From Carpediemonas membranifera BICM (lineage: Eukaryota; Protista; Fornicata): a stretch of DNA of 64,000 nucleotides. Position numbers and translations under genes: made by a program. How positions within the stretch are numbered: the first letter of the stretch is position 1; every line of letters starts with the position of its first letter. Where the stretch lies: the NCBI GenBank assembly GCA_019828565.1, contig JAHDYR010000024.1, positions 1 to 64,000 of the forward strand, given 5' to 3'. The notes under the pieces were generated by a model. That model saw only the letters and a list, made by a program, of their open reading frames with translations, was not told the DNA's origin and searched no databases. Shown here one piece after another: positions 54,051 to 62,100 of the stretch.

Positions 54051-56876
54051 TCACGTTTTACGATCAACCTCACTAAGGTCCGCGATCGTGCTGGAGCAAG
54101 CACTCCTCAATGCTGCTCCAGGCCTCAACGAGGCAACAGAAGTGCTGTAATCGAGGCGTAGGACGTCCTCGATATAGCGTATCAGTGATTTGGTATCCAC
54201 CCAAGTGCCCTTCGCGGCCACGACGGGAATGGGTATGCCCGCAAGGACCAGGTCCGCCGCGCTGCCGCGGCGAAGGCCATGAAGCCTTGCCCTCGAGGAG
54301 CGAAGGATCCCCTTAATCTGGTCCTCAAGCTCCGAGAACGCAAAAGACCAGAGTGGATCCTCCTCCCCAGCGTGGGCGTCCATCCGATTAACGACGACCT
54401 CGGAGAGCCAATGCGCAGGGTCCAGCTCGCCATCGACCCTTGGTACCAGCTTCTCTATGACCTCACGCCGCGTCTTTGTGCCCTGTATTGCCACGCGCAG
54501 CCCTCGCCGACCATCAGTGGACACGTCCCTCATCCGCAAAGAGAATATCTCCATAGGCCGCGATGTGGTGGCGTAGATGGTGAGCGCGAAGGCGAACGCC
54601 TCTCTCCATAGGGCCTGCCGGCGGGCCTCCGGCGTGGAGGCGTGGAGTCTTGCAGCTAACATCTGGGCCCTGATGGGCAGGGCTGGGCCCATCGGTCGAC
54701 CAAGCGCGTCTCTCGCCTGCTCGATAACCACCGCCGTGCCGTCCACGGGGACCTCCCAGGGGACAACCCGGTCGAAGAACCTCACTATTAGGTTCCACTT
54801 CGACATGATGGTGGGGCGAGCCACCCTCTCCGCCTGGTCGTGTGCCCACATTCGAACGAGCTCGGTGTCGCCACGGGCCTCGGTGTGGCTGTCGCGGAAG
54901 TCAGCGAACTGCTGCAAGACCCCGGCCACGTGTCTCTTGTCCTTGAATCTGGCTAGCATGTCACTGCTGACGGCCTGGTCGAAGACCTGATGACCATGAA
55001 GAGGGCCATGAGCCTGAACGTCCCGTCCGACTGGAGCGGTGTGACCTCCGACAGGTCTGCCTCCTCCTTCCGAATCCTGAAGTAGAGCCGGTGCTCCGAG
55101 AGCTCTCTCAGTGCCATCGCTGTTGGAGAGCGGCTGTCCGACACAAGCAAGACCAGAGCATCCGGACATGCTGAGGGGGAGCTGGGATGGTCCATCTGGA
55201 GGCGTTGCAACTTCGAATAGACCTCCAGCAGCAGGCTGAACGGGACTACTGCCAGCCACCTGCCGACTGACCAGTCCTTGTCCATGAACTGTATGCTCCC
55301 GGAGGCCTCTGTCGCGTCCTGCTTTGCTCCAAGCCACCCGGAGGGCCATATCTCTCCTTGAACCGGGCCCCACGTCGTGATTATGCGCTCGAGCATCCGT
55401 CTGGGTGGTGATAATGTCTCGGATCGAGATAAGGCGTCGGCAGTGACGTTGAGGTGACCTGACACGTGCACGGCCCTGACCCTGATCTGTCGCCTGCTGA
55501 GCGTGGGCAGCAGGGCTCGGAGGGTCTGGTCCACCACCTCTGGCGCCTTTGTAGACCCCTGGTGGTTCCACCAGGCCACCGCCGCAACAGAATCCGAGAA
55601 GATAGTGATCTCGCTCGGGTCTCGAAGGTGTTGGAGAGTGAGCTCCACAGCCTGGCAGAGGGCTCGAAACTCTAGCAGGGTGATATGCTCCCCCTTCGGG
55701 GCCGAAACAGCGAAGGTGTGAGGGTCCTGGCCTGGGATCAGGAGGACTCCGCCGAGGCCGGCCTCCGAGGCGTCCGTCATCACCGTAACCTGAAGCTTCG
55801 GGGACATGCCCCACAAGTGGGTGAGCTCCAAGAAGCTGCGGACTGGGGAAGGGCGACTCAGGCGGGCTTGCCAATCGATGAGGGCCGCCTCTGCCTCGCC
55901 ATGGACTCTCGTCCTGTATCGGGCCTTGATGTTGGCCAAGCAGCGTTGGATAGGCCTGATGGCCGCCCGGCCCTCTGGCCAGACTATCGACGCAAAGCCC
56001 AGGTTCCCGAGGAGTCTCTGCAGGCTGTGGAAGGTGACGCCCTGCTGGAGAGCCTCCTCCACTCTGGACAGGTACTTGTGGCGCTTCTCCTCCTGAAGGG
56101 AGACTCCATGCTTCCTCGAGTCGAGCACGAAGCCAAGGAAAGTCGTCGTGGGCGATGGTGTCAACTGGGATTTCTCCCGGTTGATTACGAGGCCTAGGTC
56201 CGTAAGCAACCGAACTATCCCCGGCATCGACGACTCTAACAGGGCTTTCGGACCGCAGAAAAGCCAGTCGTCTAGGTATATCGTCAGGTTGATACCCGGG
56301 AAGGCACGCGCGACAATCTGTCCGGCGGTCATCATGACCCGTTGAAAGTGGTAGGGTGCCGCGCTCCATCCAAACGGCAGGACGTTGAAGCAGTAGGGGC
56401 GCCCGTCTACCACAAAGCCCAGGAGTGTCCGGTCCTGCGGTCGGATGCCCAGCTGATAGTACCCCTTTGTCAGGTCGATGCGCGTCATGTAGTCGTTCTC
56501 TCTCATCTGGCAGATGGCTTGCCTGACGCCTCGAAGCCGGAACGACCTTCTCTCGAGCGACACTGCATTGAGTGACCTCAGATCGTGAATGAGGCGCGTC
56601 TCTACAGGTGTCTTCGGCACGGTGAAGATTGGCGAGATGAGACTCGGTGCCCGGCACGGGCTGGCCGCTCCCAAGGCGAGCAGCGTCCTTAGATGATCTC
56701 GGAAGGCCTTTCGATCCCTCGGCCGCGGTGAAGGAAGGCTGGGGTGCCTCGGCCGCGCACTCACCGAGATGGGGATACCCTCTCGTAGCCACGAGACCAC
56801 CTCGGATGGCGCGTGTAAGCGCTCCCAAAGGGTCCAGCGGCTGTTGATGCACGGGAAGGGTCTCATCTTCGGGCAC
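54051..56876 (-). CDS. Tyrosine recombinase ORF (D5); YR domain ~54051-55000
   Basis: SRPMEI, HGLRRG, GTW, IRY. Confidence 0.87.
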   Translation of the reverse strand: MPEDETLPVHQQPLDPLGALTRAIRGGLVATRGYPHLGECAAEAPQPSFTAAEGSKGLPRSSKDAARLGSGQPVPGTESHLANLHRAEDTCRDAPHSRSEVTQCSVAREKVVPASRRQASHLPDERERLHDAHRPDKGVLSAGHPTAGPDTPGLCGRRAPLLLQRPAVWMERGTLPLSTGHDDRRTDCRACLPGYQPDDIPRRLAFLRSESPVRVVDAGDSSVAYGPRPRNQPGEIPVDTIAHDDFPWLRARLEEAWSLPSGGEAPQVPVQSGGGSPAGRHLPQPAETPREPGLCVDSLARGPGGHQAYPTLLGQHQGPIQDESPWRGRGGPHRLASPPESPFPSPQLLGAHPLVGHVPEASGYGDDGRLGGRPRRSPPDPRPGPSHLRCFGPEGGAYHPARVSSPLPGCGAHSPTPSRPERDHYLLGFCCGGGLVEPPGVYKGARGGGPDPPSPAAHAQQATDQGQGRARVRSPQRHCRRLISIRDIITTQTDARAHNHDVGPGSRRDMALRVAWSKAGRDRGLREHTVHGQGLVSRQVAGSSPVQPAAGGLFEVATPPDGPSQLPLSMSGCSGLACVGQPLSNSDGTERALGAPALLQDSEGGGRPVGGHTAPVGRDVQAHGPLHGHQVFDQAVSSDMLARFKDKRHVAGVLQQFADFRDSHTEARGDTELVRMWAHDQAERVARPTIMSKWNLIVRFFDRVVPWEVPVDGTAVVIEQARDALGRPMGPALPIRAQMLAARLHASTPEARRQALWREAFAFALTIYATTSRPMEIFSLRMRDVSTDGRRGLRVAIQGTKTRREVIEKLVPRVDGELDPAHWLSEVVVNRMDAHAGEEDPLWSFAFSELEDQIKGILRSSRARLHGLRRGSAADLVLAGIPIPVVAAKGTWVDTKSLIRYIEDVLRLDYSTSVASLRPGAALRSACSSTIADLSEVDRKT
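54953..56866 (-). CDS. RT-RNase H ORF (D5)
   Basis: IDLTKGYYQ, LPFGW, YLDD, TDAS, ADALSR. Confidence 0.93.
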   Translation of the reverse strand: MRPFPCINSRWTLWERLHAPSEVVSWLREGIPISVSARPRHPSLPSPRPRDRKAFRDHLRTLLALGAASPCRAPSLISPIFTVPKTPVETRLIHDLRSLNAVSLERRSFRLRGVRQAICQMRENDYMTRIDLTKGYYQLGIRPQDRTLLGFVVDGRPYCFNVLPFGWSAAPYHFQRVMMTAGQIVARAFPGINLTIYLDDWLFCGPKALLESSMPGIVRLLTDLGLVINREKSQLTPSPTTTFLGFVLDSRKHGVSLQEEKRHKYLSRVEEALQQGVTFHSLQRLLGNLGFASIVWPEGRAAIRPIQRCLANIKARYRTRVHGEAEAALIDWQARLSRPSPVRSFLELTHLWGMSPKLQVTVMTDASEAGLGGVLLIPGQDPHTFAVSAPKGEHITLLEFRALCQAVELTLQHLRDPSEITIFSDSVAAVAWWNHQGSTKAPEVVDQTLRALLPTLSRRQIRVRAVHVSGHLNVTADALSRSETLSPPRRMLERIITTWGPVQGEIWPSGWLGAKQDATEASGSIQFMDKDWSVGRWLAVVPFSLLLEVYSKLQRLQMDHPSSPSACPDALVLLVSDSRSPTAMALRELSEHRLYFRIRKEEADLSEVTPLQSDGTFRLMALFMVIRSSTRPSAVTC

Positions 56877-56928
56877 TGGAGGGGGGGGTTGGTGGATGGT
56901 GGGCTGAGGGTGGTCGTGAGGAGAGCGG

Positions 56929-57008
56929 TCGTGAGGAGGGTGACCGTGAGGAGGGTGACCGTGAGGAGGGTGATCGTGAGGAGGGTGATCGTGAGGAGGG
57001 TGATCGTG
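56929..57008. repeat. 15-bp tandem repeat (CGTGAGGAGGGTGAY) between ORF1 and RT
   Basis: About five consecutive units. Confidence 0.85.
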
Positions 57009-57031
57009 ATGATGATGATGATGGTTTGGAC

Positions 57032-57535
57032 TTATGAGCGGTTGTTGCCGGGGCGCTTCGGGCCCTGGCCGCCTCGCTTTCGAAAATCCTTGCCTGGCTT
57101 CTCCGTAAGGCGGGGGTTCTTCGAGAGCGTCCGGAGGACCAGGGTCTCGATCTCCGACTCGGTCATCTCTGGCTTCTCGGCCAGGGCGGCGCGACCGGCG
57201 GTGCTGACCGACTGGCCGGCGAGGTAACCGTAGCGATCCTTCACCCAGAGCACCCGGTGACGGAGGTAGAGTCGGGCGAGGATGGCGAAACCGCTGAGGC
57301 GACGGAACTTGAATCCGCGGTACATCTCCTCAATAAACTCGGCCTCCTCCTTCATCGTGTTGGAAGCTGGCCGTTTCCAGTTGATGAGCGACTCGTCGGA
57401 TAGCATCTTCACCATGGAGGAAAGGTTCGAAGTTGGTTGTGCGATCTTTGTGGTCTCTTCGAGTTGTTTCTTCAGTTGCTCGATTGCATCTTGCATCTCC
57501 TTGATCGTGGCGGCGTTCTCAGATTCCTCAGGCAT
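57032..57535 (-). CDS. Gag-like ORF1 (D5)
   Basis: Close homolog of 58172-58684 (WKRPAS..MKEE.EF). Confidence 0.8.
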   Translation of the reverse strand: MPEESENAATIKEMQDAIEQLKKQLEETTKIAQPTSNLSSMVKMLSDESLINWKRPASNTMKEEAEFIEEMYRGFKFRRLSGFAILARLYLRHRVLWVKDRYGYLAGQSVSTAGRAALAEKPEMTESEIETLVLRTLSKNPRLTEKPGKDFRKRGGQGPKRPGNNRS

Positions 57536-57670
57536 TCTGATGACTTATTTCGCTTCTCCTTCGTTCTCTGGGTTCCTGATTTGATCTGGTCCTGATTTGG
57601 CCTCAATCTGATGCGAATCAGAATGCCTCGACCGCTCAGCCGAAGATTGTCCACTACGCTGGCCTTGCCA

Positions 57671-57746
57671 GCTCCACCGATAGCAGAGTCGACTGATCCC
57701 CGGCTTCTGTTGCCGGAGGTCGCGGGTTCGATTCCAGTTGGGGTCA
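57671..57746 (+). pseudogene. Degenerate tRNA-like sequence (CTG at the anticodon position)
   Basis: CCGGC-TTCTGTT-GCCGG stem-loop, AGGTC, GGTTCGATTCC B box and TGGGGTC acceptor half; D arm poor and T stem mismatched. Confidence 0.6.
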
Positions 57747-58171
57747 GACTTTCCACAAAGCTCAGTGGAAACGAAACAAAAGGAGCAATAACGCGAGACG
57801 TACTCAGGTCCGGCGAGTTAACAGGACGTTGAGGGAAGAGCCGAAGCCAAAGTGGGCTAGGCAATGAGGCCATGGAACCCGCAGCCGAGGGGCACCTCTT
57901 GCCACTGCGGGGTGGCCACCTTTATCCGCCGCGAGGCGTGAGTCGGTTGACCGGTGGTACGGTCACCGACGCGAAATATTTCCGCTTACACAGACAAGAA
58001 TAGCGTAAATATTTCTCCCCCCCATGGGTTCACATTTGACATACCCAATGTCTGCTTGTCAGACTGGTAGGTGAGCGGAGCGCCACGCCCACGCTTCGGC
58101 TGAGCGGTCGAGGTTAATCTGATCGAATTGATTCCGATCAAATCGTCGCAGTTCAGGAAAGAGAGCAAAGA

Positions 58172-58684
58172 ATGGCAAGCATGAACGCCAATGAGCAAGA
58201 AGAGCTAACGCAAGCGACGGCCAAGATCGCAGAACTCTCCGGAGCTTTGGACAAGCTAAAGGAGCAGCTCGATGACAAGACCGAAGAGAGGAAGCTCAAA
58301 ACCACCGTGGCTCAGCTTCAGGAGGAGGCAAATCTTTCCTGGAAACGCCCTGCTTCCCAGTCAATGAAGGAGGAATCTGAGTTCCTCGAAGACCTCTATC
58401 GAGGCTTCAAGTTCGGACGCCTGAACGGCTATGGACTGCTCTCGCGCCTGTACCTCCGCCACCGTGTTCTGTGGTGTAAGGACCGGTATGGTTACCTCGT
58501 TGGTCTCTCGGTCGCCACTGCCGGCTCGGCGGCCCTCGCAGAGAAACCCGACATGGGCCCTGAGAAGATTGACAGCGAGGTTGTGTTTAAGACTCTGGCG
58601 AAGAACCCGCACCTCAAGGAGCGAACGAGACAGGACGAGGATTTTCGGAAGCCGAGGAAACCCAAGAGGGCAAACAATCGGTAA
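58172..58684 (+). CDS. Gag-like ORF1 (D6)
   Basis: Homolog of the D5 and D3/4 ORF1s. Confidence 0.8.
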   Translation: MASMNANEQEELTQATAKIAELSGALDKLKEQLDDKTEERKLKTTVAQLQEEANLSWKRPASQSMKEESEFLEDLYRGFKFGRLNGYGLLSRLYLRHRVLWCKDRYGYLVGLSVATAGSAALAEKPDMGPEKIDSEVVFKTLAKNPHLKERTRQDEDFRKPRKPKRANNR

Positions 58685-59108
58685 ACCGCCCTCTGTCCAA
58701 AATTCATCATCATCATTCATTCCCTCCTCTTCATCCATGTCCTCCTCAATCTCCTCCCCCATCGCCTCCTCCCTCTCCCCCACCGTCCCCTCCAACGTCC
58801 CCTCACCCATTACCATCCCCTCAGAGCCATCTGATAGCGCTAGAGACCAATTGCGCGGAAACACGTCCATTCCCGAGCATCAACAAGACGTGGCGGCTCT
58901 GGAAGGCATTAGGCGTGCCATCAGAAGTGGTCACGTGGTTGCACGACGGCGTACCAATCTCCCTGTTCAGCAGACCGCGGCATCCGAGCCTCCCACCAGT
59001 GCGGTCGCAGGACAGGAAAGAATTCCGTCGCCATCTACAGACGCTCCTCCACCTCGGAGCAGCAGTGCCGATGCGAGCACCGACGCTCGTCTCTCCGATT
59101 TTCACCAT

Positions 59109-62100
59109 TGTGACCCTAAACTGCGGGAGTTGGTTGCATAAAACTCATTCGTAATACGGCACAATATCGATATTACCGGTGAAATGAAGCAATTCACGAC
59201 TAATGATCCAGAAAGCGCAATCCAGGCGCTCGCGGATTACACCACTGCAATTATCCACGAGAGAAACCCAACTTCTTTCATCCAAACGCTCACAGCGGAC
59301 ACGGTCGCGAAGTTAAAGCGTGATTGGCGTCCGACAGCGAAATTTCCCACTCTTGAGAGCCTCCAGACCTCCATTATGTCTGACGCCGAAGCCCGAGCTC
59401 AGGCCCGTTCGGACGAGGCTCCGCAAGCTATATCCCACAATCCCACCGCAGATGCAATCGCCAAGCGTTTCGCTGCTGCCTTTGAGGCGGCCTGCAAGCG
59501 AGCGCAGTACGCAGAGTGTGTGCGGGTCTCTTCAAACTTCAAGGACCCGGCCCTCACCAGCCTGACAAAGGAGTCAATCTCAGCAGAGATACAACGCGCA
59601 ATCCCGGAGGCCACTGAGAAGGCCAGGACATTCATCACCTCGTACATGAAGGACCCCGCGGCCAACAGATGGTCCGACCTCTTCAGCGCCGCAACCCCGA
59701 CTGTCCCCGTGCCTGACGGGACCGACATGACACTCCCAGATTTCTCTGACAAGGTCCCGGAGCCCACCATAGATGAGAAGCCCGACCTGGCCGCCTGGCC
59801 AAAGCGTGCTGATTTCCCCGACGTTTACGCTTACCTCCGCGCCGAGGCAAAGGCGATCATCCCCTACATCGTTTATACGCTCCTACCGACCCTCGACATG
59901 GGATCGAGACTGAAGATGGTGCGCGACAAGGCATCCGGCCTTAGATTCTTCGGCCCAGCCGTCGAGCACCGACTCGCCGTCTTCAAGCTACGTAGGATCC
60001 TCAACGCTTACGATCCATGCGTCCCAGACATCGAGGCACTAACCTACAACTCGACTGAGCGCTTACTGGGGTCGATCTTCCTCAAGGGCTATAGCAAGGA
60101 CGCCGAGGCTCTTTACGAGGACATCATCGAGGACCCAGCCGAGTCAATCGACGATCTTCTTTCTCGCCTCGAGAACCTCGACGTCGATCACGACGAACGC
60201 GTTATTGTCCCGTGGCGGGCGTTCGCGGTAACATCCCAACCCGCCGACCAGAAAGACAGCGGCCGTCGCGCCCCTGGCAAGCAAAAGCCGACAGTACTGC
60301 CCCATACAAGCGATCCCTATCTCCAGTTCAAAGACAAGCACAAGTATGCCATCCCACAGCACTTCAACAAGTGGTGCAAGTCTCATGGGTGGAACAGTAA
60401 CCATACGACAGAGTCATGCAGGTTCCTCGCACGGCAGAAGGACAACCAGTCCAAGGGCACCTCCGGCTCCTCTCAGCCGCGGAAGAACGACCAGAAGCAG
60501 ACCAGCGGTACGCAGTCCGACCGTCGGGCCGGCAACATGTTCCTGAGGGACTCCTCAAAGCTTCGCAACTCGCGCGGCCAGCGCGACGTCCATGAATTCG
60601 ACAACAACGCCTCAGATGACGCCGAGTCCGAGGACGAAGGTGACGTCTATGAGGTGGGGGCTGTTGAGATCGACAACGACCCCATCAACGTCCCGGCCAC
60701 GATCAACGGTGTCCAAATCAAGACGAAGTTCGATATCGGAGCCTGCGTCTCAGTCATCTCGGAGCCCGCACTAGCGAAGGTCCCGAATTACCAGCTCATC
60801 GACACCTCAGTCGAGCTCTTCGGCGCCGGCGACGAGGTCATCTCCATCGGTAAGGCCGCAAAGGTCGACATCACTCTCCCGTCTATCGATGGCAAGACCG
60901 TGCAGGCCACCGCATTGCTGATGGTGATCCGCGCCAAACGCCGAAAGGTCCTGATCGGCCGCGACCTCCTCAGAAGGTTGGGCTACCTCATGAACGACAG
61001 ACTGCTGATCCCGTCATCCGCCACCATCTCCGACAACGACAATCTGCCTCCACACCCGTGTCTCGACTCCTGCACAGATGAGATTGATGTTGATAACGAG
61101 TGGAAGAAGGTCCGAATCCCTTACGATGACAATCCAGACCTCACTAAGTGGCTCGAAGGCTTCCTATACGAACGCCGCGAGCTCTTCGGCGAGCTGCCAG
61201 AGGACGGCAGCGAGTTGCGTCCACACAAGATCACCCTGAAGCCTGGCGACCACAGGCTCCCGAAGGCAAGACCACGCCCCCTTAAGGGTTCCCAAGCGTC
61301 CAGCGCCGCCGCTGAAATCGACAAGATGCTCCAACAAGAAGTCATCCGCCCAAGTGACTCGCCGTACTCATCCCCACACGTGATGGCGAAGAAGAAGAAC
61401 GGTGAGGACAGGTTCTGCGTCGCGTATAACGTTCTGAATGAAGCCACCGAAGACGATCGCTACCCGACACCAGATATCCGCTCCTTCGTCCATGAGGCAA
61501 GCGGCTGCTCACTCTTCGGCACGCTCGACCTCCGAAGCGGCTACTGGCAGCAACGTATGGACCCCGACAGCGTCTCACTCACCGCCTTCACTATCCCAGG
61601 CGGTCATTACGAGTTTCTTCGTACCCCCTTCGGGCTCAAGAATGCCCCGGCCAAGTTCCAGAGAGCGATGGACGAGGTGTTGGAAGACTGCAAGAGCTCC
61701 AAAGCCTACGTCGACGATATCTTCACTTACTCGCACACGGAGGAAGAGTTCAAGAGCGCCATCACGGATCTCTTCGATCATCTACTGGCGGCCAACGTCA
61801 GACTGAAGGCCGACAAGTGTGCCCTCGGCCTCTCCGAGGTTGAGGTGTGCGGCTTCATCGTTAACGAGATGGGCAGATCCGTTGCCCCCGCTCGAGTCCA
61901 GGCCATCCGCGACCTCTTTCCTCCGACCACCACGTCGGAACTCCGTCGATCCCTCGGCAAGTTCAACTACTTGTCGAATTACATTCCCCATCTCGCCGAC
62001 GCCGCAGCACCTCTCAACCGGCTGCTTAAGGGCTCTCCGGGGAAGTCGTCCCCCGTGGCCTGGGGCGCCGAGCAGGACGCCGCTTTCGCTAAGATGAAAG

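Larger units (their letters stand above)
53411..57671 (-). mobile_element. Complete PAT-like YR retrotransposon D5
   Basis: A1 57542-57671 = A2 53585-53714 (130 bp); B1 53714-53759 = B2 53411-53456 (46 bp); three intact ORFs. Confidence 0.95.
44847..58067 (+). mobile_element. PAT-like YR retrotransposon D3/4, interrupted by a TIR element, Gypsy C and D5
   Basis: A1 44847-44994 = A2 53214-53356; B1 53168-53215 = B2 58020-58067; ORF1, RH/MT and YR present, RT core deleted. Confidence 0.85.
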
